Below, one piece after another: positions 27,938 through 42,029 of a stretch of 64,000 bases of DNA. A program made the translations under genes and the position numbers. Source of the stretch: Chrysomallon squamiferum (lineage: Eukaryota > Animalia > Mollusca); contig CM022676.1 in NCBI GenBank assembly GCA_012295275.1, forward strand, positions 3,968,001 to 4,032,000, in the 5' to 3' direction. The first letter of the stretch is position 1. Each line of letters starts with the position of its first letter. Under the pieces are notes generated by a model. The model saw only the letters and a list, made by a program, of their open reading frames with translations. It did not search any database and was not told the origin of the DNA.

Positions 27938-28494
27938 GTACGGGACAAGTGCAGCTGTGGCAGTTCCTTCTCGAGCTCCTCGCCAACAGCGTCAACGACT
28001 ACTGCATCAGATGGGAGACGTCTGACGGCGAATTCAGGATGGTGGACCCTGAGGAGGTGGCCAAGAAGTGGGGAGGGAGGAAGAACAAGGACACGATGAC
28101 GTACGACAAACTGAGCCGAGCCATGCGCTTCTACTACGACAAGCAGATCCTCACCAAAGTGCACGGCAAACGGTACACGTACAAGTTCCACTTCGACATC
28201 ATCATGCGGAACCAGAAGTCAGCCAGCACGCCATCGCTGAAGGAGAATCAGGACCTTTTCTCGGTGGGGAACAGTTTCGTGCCTTCACCGGCGTCGTCGG
28301 AATCCAGCTGCTCGGCTTCGTCCCCGTCCCGGTGCGGCGGCGGGATCTCGGTTCCTTCCCCGTCAGCGCCGACGTGTACAGGGCCACGCCTTCGCCCACC
28401 CTGCGTGACGTCATCGCCAGAAACAGGAGTTCTGCGGTCAGTAGCGCCGCTCAACACCAAGCCGGAAATTCTGTACAGTACGGAACACTCGTGA
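27938..28494 (+). CDS. ETS transcription factor (ERG/FLI1/FEV/Ets21C class), last exon with ETS DNA-binding domain, frame as assembled
   Basis: ACTTCAG acceptor; [15 protein letters not shown]...[57 protein letters not shown] is an unmistakable ETS domain; TGA 28492-28494 (344 aa as assembled). Confidence 0.95.
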
Positions 28495-28991
28495 CGTCAT
28501 CTTGTGACGTCAAATTCAGCCCGCCCGCCTCCTCTGCCTTTTCGGAGCTTTTGTTCGACACTTCAATGACGTCAACTTACGATGAGCTCACAATCGGTTG
28601 TGAGCTGCCGAACGTGACGTACCAATCCACGGATCTCACAATGAACGGCGAGATGTCGCTTCCAAATGACGTCATCTACCGTCCAGCCTCGTCCTCCTCG
28701 GTTACGACCGCCGGCCTCACCAACGCCTCTCTTCCAGCAGCGTACGGCTCGGCCTCGGTTGCCGGTTTTCCCAATCTGGACGCACCCACGTCTTTCATGC
28801 AGCAGAGCGCGGACGCTGCGGCTGCGCAGTGGAACAGTCACTACGCGCAGAGTCAGGACGCGACTTCGTCTGCCCTCGGCTCGTGCCAGTTCACTCAGGA
28901 ATCTCTTACGTCACACTGCCAACTTTCGGGATTCGACAGCCAGCAGCTGTTTCTTCCAGATCTCGACCTAGCGGATTTTTTCGGGTGCTGA
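28329..28991 (+). CDS. Probable true C-terminal (S/T/A/Q-rich, acidic) region of the ETS protein, in the -1 frame
   Basis: Open to TGA 28989-28991 where GC-rich sequence ends; third-position GC bias moves to this frame near 28330; ends [16 protein letters not shown]. Confidence 0.7.
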   Translation, partial: PVRRRDLGSFPVSADVYRATPSPTLRDVIARNRSSAVSSAAQHQAGNSVQYGTLVTSSCDVKFSPPASSAFSELLFDTSMTSTYDELTIGCELPNVTYQSTDLTMNGEMSLPNDVIYRPASSSSVTTAGLTNASLPAAYGSASVAGFPNLDAPTSFMQQSADAAAAQWNSHYAQSQDATSSALGSCQFTQESLTSHCQLSGFDSQQLFLPDLDLADFFGC

Positions 28992-30350
28992 GAAGTTGTC
29001 TGAACGCCTGGTTTAAAGCAGACCGAAATATCTGTTTGAATTTTTTTTTTTTGCTATGACGTCACAGTGACGCAAGCTACGGTCCGGTTACGTCAGTTGG
29101 ACGGCGCCTAACTATGATGACCATTTGTGAAGAAGACGAAGAAGTCTTTCTTACGTGTTTCGTAATGTTACGCTTGTTACACATGTTTTTGACGATCGGT
29201 CTGAACAGTAAGATGCAGAAGATGAAAAGAAAAAAAAAATAATAATAATAATAACATGGAGCTGACTTTTTATGAAAGAGATAGAAAGAAGGACGGTTTA
29301 AGAAAGAAGGTATGAAGAAACAATTCAGATATACTTTTCAATAGACTTTTTTTTTTCATATATATATATATATATATATTTTATGTTGATTTTGTTAAGC
29401 AGAAAATTATATTTTTCAGATACAAATGATGTATTATTCATGCTGTTGATTATTTTGTATGTTTTCATAAATGTATATTCAATATGTTTATTAATATTTA
29501 CATGAACTCTGTTTATATAACTGCTAACATATAATAAAAACAGCCACCTATTTTTTTTTTTTCTTACTTTTCCTCTTTTCGTATTGAAAAGGGATATAAC
29601 AAGCTTTTTATTATATTTAAATGTAAAGGAATTATATAAATGATTAAAACAGACATATAATCATATAAATAAATAAATAGTCTGCTAAATAACTGGGTAA
29701 TTAATTAAGCATAAATGATTATCTTCGCTAATTAGTATAATACATAGAATATATATCTAGCCAAATATTGTCATATGTAATCATAAAAAAACAAATACCA
29801 GATATCTGGCAGGTCCAGAAATATATGCAAATCTATTCTGGAAATTTCTTGTTTATATACCATTATCTCATTATTTTGCATGTGAATATTTATCAAGATG
29901 TAATTCATTATTGTTGTAAATTCGTTGATTATGAAAAATATTTTCTGACTAGTTGTGATTCGACTAGTCCGTAATTAAGGTTTAGACGCTGGTTCGTCCG
30001 ACCTGTCAGTTTCACTTTTGATCTCATTCATTTTCGTTGTTTGCTTCCTTCGTACAGCAATCGTAGGTTTTCGGCTGTTTCCGTAAATGGAAAAATTTGT
30101 CTGTAGGATAGACCGTATTTTTTTTTCTTCTACCATTTTTATTTTATTTTACTTTAATTATATAATTTATTTTATTTTATTATTTTATCTTTTATTTTAT
30201 TTTATTTTTTTAAGAATGAAATTTTTTTTGTAACAGTGATATATTTATTGTAATTTAAAATATATTGGGATGAAATATACTGGAGACGAACACGAAAATA
30301 GTCGATCTCTCCCGAATGCCGATCTACCCTTTCATCTTTGTGTTCATCAC

Positions 30351-30401
<51 letters not shown>

Positions 30402-30890
30402 TGATTTCTAATCTTGTAGATTAATGCCTTATTGAAAGTACAGAATATACATATTATTAAAATATACTCAAAATATTTTAATGTTCGGTTATTAGTCATA
30501 GCAGAAAATCGTTCAAGCGAAGGAGTTTGTGTAACATCCGTATCTGTGATATATTTCATACAGACAGACACATACACACGTACATACATATACACACACA
30601 TCCATACACACATTTGCACACACCCGCAACACAGCCATACAAACAGACGTACATACAGACAGACATTAACTCCAAATGCTAAGAAACTAAACTGCTCAAA
30701 TTGATTACGTATATTTTTTTGTAAATATTCACAGTTGTAATGTATATATATATATATATATAAATTGTTTGTTATAAAGCGAATTTTTTACGTTTCTGTA
30801 CAGTGGTTTGTAAATTTATATAATTTTTATAATAAAACAATTCTTAAATTTTAAATATCGTTTTTGTCTTTGAAATATAGGCTGTGAATA

Positions 30891-30938
<48 letters not shown>

Positions 30939-31026
30939 TATGTGTATGTGCGTGTTGAATGACTGAGTGTAATTCTTACCTCTATCTATCTATATATCTA
31001 TCTATTTATCTATCTATCTATATATG

Positions 31027-31060
<34 letters not shown>

Positions 31061-32163
31061 TGTACATGCTTGTAGACAAACAGAGAAACAGAGGTAACTG
31101 GTAATATTAAAGAAATAATAAAGAGAAAAAATTAAAGTTAAAAGAAAAAAATATAAACATTTCGACTTAGTCTGGCATCAGTGATTATTTCTGTGAGTCA
31201 GGAAGGTGACAAACATGCAGTCTCACTGACAGTTATCAAAATGTTCAAAATGGCGGTTAATAACAAGGCAGCCCATACCATCAAGTTTGAAATATCACAA
31301 ATAGGAAATTACCTGGAATGTGAAGGATTGACACTGAAAACGTGTCTGTGATGATTATGAAATGTCACATGCTAAAGAGAAATTGATCATTTATTTAGTC
31401 AGTATACTTGTTTATTTATTTATTTATTCTTTTTATTTTATTTATTTATTCTTTTTATTTTATTTATTTATTTATTATTATTATTATTATTTATTTATTT
31501 AATTTTTTTTTTCAGTATTCAGTAATAGTGCAGATAACGCAATACGTTTTTTCCCACCAAAACATGATCTCACCCCCCCACCCCCCCACAGTAGAAGAAT
31601 ATTTATTTCGTACGTCACATACAAAATATCTGTCTAATGACCATACACATTCTCTCATAGTGCGGTCACAAACACAACAACATCTTTTCCCCGCTGAAAT
31701 TAGATTATGGTAATTATTACGCTGTATCCATTTCATCTTAAGCTTCCTATTTCACATCAAAAAGTCTTAACACATTCAGGAGTTAGAATGACACTTTACC
31801 AGTATCATACGTTTACACAAGAGAACATTGTTCATCGCATTACTTTTATTCTATTATCGTCAGATGACGTAATTCATTGAGTATCTCAGCTTGGACAAGT
31901 TAAAACTTAAACTTCAGTGTCACATTACGAGAGCAGACGATACTTAACATTTTGCCGCCAAGACGATTTCTTTCAGCGAATAGCTATTATCATCATCATC
32001 ATCATTATCTTTATCACTGCAATGATCATCACCTCATTTATTTTATTTATTTATTTATTTCGTCTACACCATCGTAATCGTCAATACAACCATTATTTTT
32101 TATTTTATTTATTATCATTTTTATCTTAATCATCATCATCACCATCATTATTTCATTTATTTG

Positions 32164-32199
<36 letters not shown>

Positions 32200-32245
32200 T
32201 TTTTGTAATTGATGTTCTTGTTGGTATTATTTATTTATTTATTTA

Positions 32246-32276
<31 letters not shown>

Positions 32277-33488
32277 GAAAGAAAGTAAGAAAGAATCTTC
32301 TTTCCTATTCATTGCGGAATATTTTATAATAAAATAGTTCAGTCTCACAACTTACTGTTCTCACATAACTGCAGCAGACGACATGATACATTTTTTCCCG
32401 TGAAACCAACGAATAATGATCTGTTATCATTTCTGAACAAAACGTTTCATCCAGACTTATAGCATTTTGCACGTTCTGTCAAAATTATTACGACATACGA
32501 TACAATACTGTATATTTTTGCCGCATTTACAAAAAAAAAAAAAAAAGAAAAAAATCAAAAAAATCTTGCATCAACATTTTAAACATTTTGTCACACAGCA
32601 ACGCAAAACTACCCCAACTATTTCCCCTTCAGAGACAACAACAACAAAAAAAAAAAAAAAAAAAAAAAAAATTATATAAAAAAAATTAAAAAAAAATTAA
32701 AAAAATTATATATAAAATATCTTTCAGCGGATAACTTATTCCTTTTAGTGTTTGCTTAATGTCGTAAACGAAATGTTTCATTCCAACAGTCACAGCATTT
32801 TAGACATTCTTACACGCCAGACGTAACCGAGCAAATTTCCCGCCAAGACTAAGATCGTTTGAGCGGGAATATTTTTCTCTCCCCGTCTTATCGTTTCTGC
32901 CATTATCTCGAACGTTTAACCTCGGCCGTCACAACATCGGAATTTCAAACATTCAGAACACAAAGCAAAACGCTTAGAACACACTGCTCGTTACTTCAGT
33001 TTTATGCACGAGAGATTTATTTATTTTATTTTATTTTTTTTTTTTTATTTCTTAATTGTTATTTGACTCCACTTATTAAATCAAATCGTTTGTTTAAATG
33101 CAGGAGTAACGCACGATATCTGAGATATCTCCGACATTTTTTTTTTTCTCGTTGCGTTGTGCTTTTGATTAAACAAAATACCCGGTTGTTTTTTTTTTTT
33201 TTTTTTTTTTTTATATGGGTGGTCTGTCACAGGATAGGGGAGGCGCGTGTGGTGGGGGAGGGGGAGAGCTGTTTTGAATTCTTCGCGTTAAAGTGATTTC
33301 AATAATTATTAACATTACTGTACAGAAGATATTTTCGCAATGCGTGTCTCTAATTTTTTTTTTTTTTTTTTAAAGTTGCTTGTTGTTGTGGTTCTCTTTA
33401 TTCTTTTTATAAGAATGCAGTTAACGGAAAGAAGGAATATTTTATTGCTGTTATTATTATATTGTCGATAACTTAGCAGCATTGTGTG

Positions 33489-33608
<120 letters not shown>

Positions 33609-33905
33609 CAGATAGATGATAGATAAAGAGTTAGATAGATATGAAAGACGTTTGTCTAATAAAATATCTCAATGTTTTACACGCAATCCTGGCAAGAAAG
33701 GTAAACATTCTAAGAATCAAATCACAGTGACTGCCAAGTTACCTGGAAGACCAAACAGAACTGAAAATAAGAATAAATAAATAAATAATGAAATAATGAA
33801 ATAAATTTAAAAAAATAATGAAATAAAGGGGTAAAAAAAGAAAAGAGTTTTGATTTTTATTAACTTAATCATTGTACTCTCTCTGTCAGTCTGTCTGCCT
33901 ATCCA

Positions 33906-33994
<89 letters not shown>

Positions 33995-34816
33995 ACCGCT
34001 CTCTAAAAAAAAATAAAAAAAATAAAAAAAATAAAGTATACAAAAGTACACTGAGGGCAACAGAAAGCGAGAGAACAGAAATTTAAAACGACCTTTGACC
34101 TGTAAACTCTGCAACACCCTGTTCTCTCCGCCACGGTCGTAAATCAACAACCACGACGTCGTCCACGTCGCTTCGTTTACGACTATTTCGTGCTTTAACG
34201 TGACATCACTTTGGGTGTTTGCATCTTTTAGCGTAACTGTATGGGCGAATTCCGATATTAAAGAAAAGAATAGAGATGTAAATTAGATGAAAAGTGTGAA
34301 TGTAAGTCACAGCCCACCTAGGTGTAATATATTCTTATCACGTGCAGACAAAACACTTCCATACAAATATATATGTATATGTTTATGTGTGTATGTATAT
34401 ATTTATATATATATATCTGACACGACATGCTAATGTAATGATGGCATGTATTTACTTTTATAACGTAGGTACAACCATGTTTGTATAGGTAAATGCACAC
34501 AAATGCAGATACGTACAAACCCAGACAAAAAAACAACAACACACACACATACCTTCACATACATAAAACACACTTTCAATATACACTTAATTGTATAAAC
34601 AGATACAGAGAGCCACACAAAAATAGACACATACACACATATAAAACACACATGTACACACATACACACATATACAAATATGGCGAGTACATTTCAATGT
34701 AACAGCTATTTGATTTAAAAAACACAAAAAAAACAACCGCATATGCATACGCATACACTTGCTTATACACATATATAAACATAAACACATACATGTAGAT
34801 ATATATACACACACAC

Positions 34817-34851
<35 letters not shown>

Positions 34852-35439
34852 TATATTTATATATACACACACTTAATTTTACAAATACATAAACACATAT
34901 ACACACATACGAATAACCTACGTGTGGTTGGGTTGGGTGTGGTTGGGTGTGGGTGGGTGTGTATGTGACCTCCACACTGAGGTTTACCCCCAAGACTCTT
35001 TTTTATTATCCACCCACCTGCGTATACTAAACACAGTGTCCCTAATCGTGAGTGGCCATCGCAGGCAGGTTTCGACTGCATAGTTATATAATCTAATCTA
35101 CTTCGGAGTTGTAACATGATTTCGTTTCATGAGCCGATAACAAAAGCGAGAGAGACAATTACTGTTGTAACAGGCAACCTACTCCATTATTCTGATTTCT
35201 TCGTTTTGCATACACCCATCTGTATCTTCACTGAGCATGTGTTACCATTCAGTTATCCGTTTTCGTGTCTGGGGTCAATAATTTCCCCCTCTGTGTGTTT
35301 GTGTATGTATGTGTTTAAGTGTGTGTTTGTATGTGTGTGTTTATGTATGTATGTATATGTGTATGTATATGTGTGTGTGTGTGCGTGTACAACATTCTAT
35401 ACCTATCTACCTACCTACATGGATACATACATACATACA

Positions 35440-35705
35440 TGCATACATACATACATACATACATACATACATACATACATACATACATACATACATACAT
35501 ACATTCATACATACATACATACATTCATACATACATACATACATATGTATATATCAACCTATCTATATATCTATCTGACTGTCAGTATGTCTGTATCTCT
35601 GTATGTGTGTATAGATAGATAGATAGATATACAGATTGTTTTTCCAATGTGTGTTTGTATCTGTGTGTTTATATATATGTATGTGTGTATGTGTATATAT
35701 ATATA

Positions 35706-35770
<65 letters not shown>
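35440..35770 (+). repeat. Dispersed composite-microsatellite element, copy 2 (homologous to 19525-19830)
   Basis: Same unique cores and same order of (TACA)n, (GATA)n, (TA)n blocks as copy 1. Confidence 0.75.
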
Positions 35771-35803
<33 letters not shown>

Positions 35804-36216
35804 TACACAGATAGATTTATTTATTGATATAACTCTGTGTATCTGTCTGTGTACATACATCTATCTCTATCTGTATGTGTCTAGTTATCTATGTGTTTAT
35901 GTATTGTTGAGTGAGTATTTTAAGGTATATATGATTATTATTACACGCGTGATACTGTATTCAGTCACGCATGTGTTGTTTCGATTTCATTAAGTGAAAT
36001 TTATTTAAAATTCGACCTTGATTTCGAAGCTGCTATTGTCCCTACTTCATGAAAATGTCATTCTCGGTGTTATGCATGACTTAACATCTTTAACTTTCAC
36101 TTTTTTTTTTCTCGGTTATTAATTTTTTATTTTATTTTATTTTTATTTTGCTTTCGTTGACAAATTTCAACACCAAGTTTGGCGATATCCGCCAAAGGCA
36201 CGCCAGGCTAACGAAC

Positions 36217-36242
36217 ACAAAATGGCGTCCGTTACATCCGGG
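36217..36242 (+). promoter_or_regulatory. YY1-like + ETS-like composite motif, duplicated exactly at 37692-37717
   Basis: ACAAAATGGCGTCCGTTACATCCGGG in a CpG-rich island. Confidence 0.5.
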
Positions 36243-37115
36243 TATGTATAATTGGTAACAATTCAGTCACGATTTCGTGAAGAGAAAAAAAAAAAAGTCA
36301 TCTTCCGGATTCCAGAACGAGGCTGTATGAATATCCAGTTAGTTCGTGTTTTCCCCTTGTCCTTTTTTCCTCTCTTTTTTCTTTTTAAATTTTTCTTTTT
36401 TCTTTTTTTGATTTAAAGAAATTTTAATTGAGTAGGTGGAGAGGAACACTTGTATGCAGTGATTCACAGTAATCGAGGCCAGGAATTTCCTTCGTTTCAG
36501 AAAGAAGAAAACCAAAGTTTCGTAATTTTTTATTTCAAGGTAATGAGCTTTATCCTGCCCTCAGTTACAAAGACAGTAAGTATATTTTCCAGTACGCAGA
36601 CTTAAAATTAAAACACAGATAGTTGCTTATCTTGTCTCTGTTTTCAAAAAAAAAAACGTAAACAAATTCTACAGAATTTCAATTAATTTTTAATTCATTT
36701 GATAGACAGAATTCTTATAATCAGACCTTTTTTTTATATATATATATATTTTTTTTTATAGATTAGCACAAATAAAAACTTATTCCTAACATAAAGGACT
36801 GACAGAAAATAAAACTGATATCGAAGCAAACGACCGGGAAATATTTACAAGGAAATAAAAACAGCTGAACGAAAGAAGAGAAAACCGCACTGAAAAGTAA
36901 CACTCAGGATAACACAAGAAAGCAATAAAATTCAACTTAAACTGAAATTAAAACCAAAACGGTGAATTGAAACTAATATATTGGTTTTCCAGTGTATGTG
37001 TGTGTTTCTTTGTGGGGGTTTGTGTATGCATGTGTGTGTGTGTGTGTGTGCGTGTGTGCGTGCGTGTATGTGTATATGTATGAATGTGTGTATGTGTGTG
37101 TGTGTTTTATATATA

Positions 37116-37150
<35 letters not shown>

Positions 37151-37177
37151 TTGTGTGCATGTGTGTGTGTATATATA

Positions 37178-37386
37178 CAGGGTGTCCACAAAGTCTGGGT
37201 ACATAAGGGATTAACAGATACTTTTAAAATAAAATAGTTTTATTTAATTCTAATGTTAATAAATAAGAGTACTAACTCGATTTTTTCTTCTTTAGACAGA
37301 GTCATCATTTGATCTGGGTAAGAAAAATAACATAAATAAATAACATAGTAAAATTCCCCATGTACCCAGACTTTGTGGACACCCTG
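37178..37386 (-). mobile_element. Tc1/mariner-superfamily MITE (209 bp internal-deletion derivative)
   Basis: Perfect 27-bp TIRs CAGGGTGTCCACAAAGTCTGGGTACAT (37178-37204 / 37360-37386), TA on both flanks, internal MMTLSKEEKIELVLL resembling a transposase N-terminus. Confidence 0.9.
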
Positions 37387-37431
37387 TATATGTATGTATG
37401 TGAGAGGGTATATGTATGTATATATGTGATT

Positions 37432-37466
<35 letters not shown>

Positions 37467-37765
37467 GTATGTATGAATGTATGTGTGTGTGTGTATGTGT
37501 GTATATATATGTATGTATGTGTGTGTGTGTGTGTGTGTTTATATATATATATATATATATTTGAGATGGACAGCCATACAGATAGATAGACAAATATAGA
37601 TAGATAGGTAGATAGATAGATAGGTATATAGGCAGGTAGGTAGGTAGAAGGATGTACAGGTATATATATATATAGACAGACAGACGTATAGACAAAATGG
37701 CGTCCGTTACATCCGGGAATATAAACAGATAGATAAATAGAAAGACAGATATACAGACAGACAGA

Positions 37766-37805
<40 letters not shown>

Positions 37806-37885
37806 TAAATAGATAGATATATAGGTAGATAGACAGACAGATAGATAAATAGATAGATAGATGGTTAGACAGACATATAGATAGA

Positions 37886-37929
<44 letters not shown>

Positions 37930-38176
37930 TAAATAGATAGATAGATGGATAGACAGACATATAGATAGATAGGCAGACAAGCCAGAGAAGCTACGTCTTT
38001 AATCTCTAGTTGCTTATATATAATAAAATAGCACTGAGAAAACAGTTTCACTTAAACAAAAATAACAAATAAAATATCTTTATTTAACACCTGTTTTGTT
38101 CTGATACACTTGCAGGCGAAACCAAAAGCAGTACAGGTGAATCAACCACACTCAACTCCAGAGAACTGAAACAAAA

Positions 38177-38383
38177 AATAGAAAAGTTTAATGTTTGTGT
38201 TATTTAAATAGAATAAATAGAAAAGTTTAATGTTTGTATTATTTAAATAGAAAAAAAAAAAAAAAAAAAAAAAATAGAAAGTTTAATGGTTGTATTATTT
38301 AAATAGAATAAATAGAAAAGTTTAATGTTTGTTTTATTTAAATAGAAAAAAAAAAAAAAAAAGTTTAATGCTTGTATTATTTA
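38177..38383. repeat. ~40 bp minisatellite, five copies
   Basis: Unit AATAGAAAAGTTTAATGTTTGTATTATTTAAATAG. Confidence 0.8.
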
Positions 38384-38516
38384 GGACTGCAAGAAAAAAA
38401 AGATACAACTAGTTACTGTATTGAAATGTCAGCTTTATCCTCATACAAATACACACGTACATATATACATAGATACTTATACATACATACACGGATAGAC
38501 AGATAGACAAAGAAAC

Positions 38517-38612
<96 letters not shown>

Positions 38613-40204
38613 TGTATACTTTTATGAGATTATATTTACGTAATTTTGTAATAACAAAAACAAGCGCAATCATGCGTACACCCAGCATTCAGATAGATAT
38701 ACACACACACACTCACATCTCAATGCCAACGGGTAATTAAATAACGTAGCATGTAATCATATTCACAGGTGGGGGTTACAAAGGCGTTAAAACATCACTA
38801 CCTCACAAACAAGACTACGCAACGTTAAACCTGGTACTCGGGTCGGGTCGAGAAAAAAATTAGGTTTCCCAGTCCTTGTCGCCAATCTCAAACCTTTCTT
38901 TTCTTTTTTAATTTTCTTCCGAGCAATCGTTTATCTGTGCTCTTGTTTTTTTTTTTTTTTTATTTTTTTTTGTTTTCTTCTTCTTCTTTTTTTTTTTTTT
39001 TTTTTGCACTAAGTTACCGCGAGGACTGTCACTGAGTGCAGATCGCTGCGTATTACTTACTTACTGTTTAAGATATAAGCTCTGTCTCGTTCTGCTTACA
39101 GGTATGTGTGTGTTTATACACCTGTCCACCCGAAGCGCAGGTAAATCGAATAGGTGTTTTTTTTTTTTTTTTTCAGCGTATAAAGGGGTGAACGGGTGCA
39201 TTTGCTCGAAACGTACACCTCGGTCGGTCGGTCGTTGCAAGGGTGGAGGAAACGTATGATAGAGGTTGAACGGGTGTGTGTGTTTGGTGCTGTCGTTGTC
39301 GTTGTTGTCGTTGTCGTTGATGCAGTGGTGGCGATAGTAGTAATAATAATAATAATCGCTATACTAGCAAGTAGTAATAGAAGTATTATTATTGTTGTTG
39401 TTGTTGTTGTTGTTGTTGCTCTCGTTTTAATTGTTGTTGTAGCTGTTGTTGCTGTCGTCGTTGAGATAATGTTAGTGTATGCAGTGATAATAATACAGTA
39501 GGAGGTTGTAGTAGTAGTAGTAGTAGTAGTATATTATTGTTGTTAGTTTTCTCGTTGTTGTTGTTGTCGTTGTTATCATCGTTGTTGAGATAGTGTCATA
39601 GTAATAATCACAATTATGGTAGGAGGTAGTATTATTATTATTTATCTTGTTATTAATGTTGTCGTCTTAATCCTTGTCGTCGTTGTTGTAGTAGTAGCAG
39701 CATTAATAGTTGTTGTTATAGTAGTATTAGTACCAACAGCAGAAGTTGTTGCATTCGTTATAGTCGTTGTTCTTATAATCATCATCGGTGTCGTTATTGC
39801 TGTCGTCGTTATACAGAAAATACACGTATATATAATGTTTATGTTTTATCAGTTTTAATAAGACAAACACTGGCCTTGTTCAGCTAAATAACAAAATAGT
39901 TATTTTAAATATACTCACAATTTCCATCTCTCTTAAGTGTTCATAAAATGACAACAACAACAACAACAATAACAATAATTAAATAATTAAATAAACCCAG
40001 AAAAACATAATTCCTTGTCTATATTTAGCTACGTGGCGTACTAATTATGACGTCACTTCTTTGTTGATTATGACGTACGTCACAGAATTGGAGATACAAG
40101 TGAAGACCGTTTAGCGAAAAATATTTCATCTACAGTATTTTGTAGCGTACAGGTCAGTGTCGTTGTTGTCATTATTATTATTATTAGTAGTAGTCGTAGT
40201 AGTA

Positions 40205-40292
<88 letters not shown>

Positions 40293-40362
40293 GAGAACCC
40301 CAATAAACATCGGTCGTATTTATGAAACATACCGACAGAAATCTACACTGTTTTTCACACTT

Positions 40363-40415
<53 letters not shown>

Positions 40416-41418
40416 TGACTATTACTTTCATACACACAACCAGCCAATAAATATCAAGTCATGATGTGGTTATTAAACCGCAAGTCGGATGCAGGAAACA
40501 GCCAATCATTGTGTACGGTCAGCCTGGTCTCGATAACGTTTGTCATCTTCGATAAAACTTTTACCACTGGCAGATACAGGATATAGGTAGCGAGTACACT
40601 TGTATGTCCGGTATGAAATATTGCATCAACTGCAGTAACAACAGCAACAACCACAACTACTGCTACAGCAACAATAACAACAACAACAATAATAATAATA
40701 ATAATAATAGTAATAATAATAATAAGGATGATGATGATGATGATGATGGTGACGGCGACAACAACGACAACGACGAAGACGATGGTGATGATGATGTCGA
40801 TGGTAATAATACTGTAACAACAATAATTTGGTAGGTAAGTAGATGCATACACACATACCTACCTACCTACATACATACATATACACATATACACACACAT
40901 AAATACACACATACACACATATACACATATACACACATACACATATACACACATACATACATACATATATGCATATACACATATACAGACATACATATGT
41001 ACATACATAAATACATATATACATATATACAGACATATACACATACATACATACGTAATACATACATACATACATACATACATACATACATACATACATA
41101 CATACATACATACATACACATACATACATACGTACGTACATACAAACAAGGTTGCCTTGATGAACGGAAGAATGACGAAAGACAAAGGACGGATAGATTC
41201 ATCGGAAGCGATGATTACTTCGGTTATTCAGCAGTCTTTTTAAGTGATCACGACTGCACTTTGTCCTTCTGTTGCAGTGCGTTCCCGAATACTGTCTGTG
41301 TTCAAAATCCTAAAATACATATCTCTACACTGACAAACACAGGTACAGGAATGATACATGAAACATAATAAGATACATTGTGAGAAATCAGCTGTCAGAG
41401 AAAGAAAGAAAGAAAGAG

Positions 41419-41449
<31 letters not shown>

Positions 41450-41784
41450 CAGACAGACAGTCAGAGTTTTCAATACACTCACGAAACAATGTAGATATGT
41501 TTTAGTGTAACTGGATCAGTCATGATATCGTGTATCCTCGTTTCCGATCAAATCTTCACTATTCACATTTTCTCACAGTTCTCCTCCAAGTGCAGCGTCT
41601 GAACTATTCACAGGAAAAGTACGTGAGAATGAGAATGTACTTTGACCTGCGACAACTAAATACATAAACACGTGTTTCACACAGGCACGCACGTGCAATG
41701 TAAGACGCATGATGCAATGACTTTAGAAAAACGCAGAAAAATATAAATACACACACACACACACACACATACACACACACACAC

Positions 41785-41842
<58 letters not shown>

Positions 41843-42029
41843 CATATACTATATACTGTATGTTTGTTTTTTTTTTTTTATTATTTTTTCTTGTTTCTAA
41901 ACTCACTATATCATGCATCTTACGTCACTGGATCGAACCCGGGCAGGGAATTTTCGGTTCATTTGTAATCTAAAATTTTATATGAAAATGTAATGAGCAC
42001 TTTTGTATCTAGTATACGCTGTAAATTCT

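Noticed and set aside
28068-28328. N-terminal part of the 307-aa ORF overlapping the ETS domain as an independent gene
   Set aside because: Begins at GTG within the ETS domain; an open -1 frame is expected with high GC3. Only the distal part looks coding.
28300-28470. IRE1/XBP1-type unconventional intron to explain the frame switch
   Set aside because: CNG|CNG sites exist but I found no pair 23 or 26 nt apart in twin stem-loops.
40086-41310. Candidate small exons at 40086-40152 (+), ~40450-40620 and ~41150-41310
   Set aside because: No phase-consistent chain or recognisable domain.
41930-41943. Pol III B-box (GGTTCGATCC, minus strand) suggesting a tRNA
   Set aside because: No A-box or cloverleaf; at most a SINE remnant.
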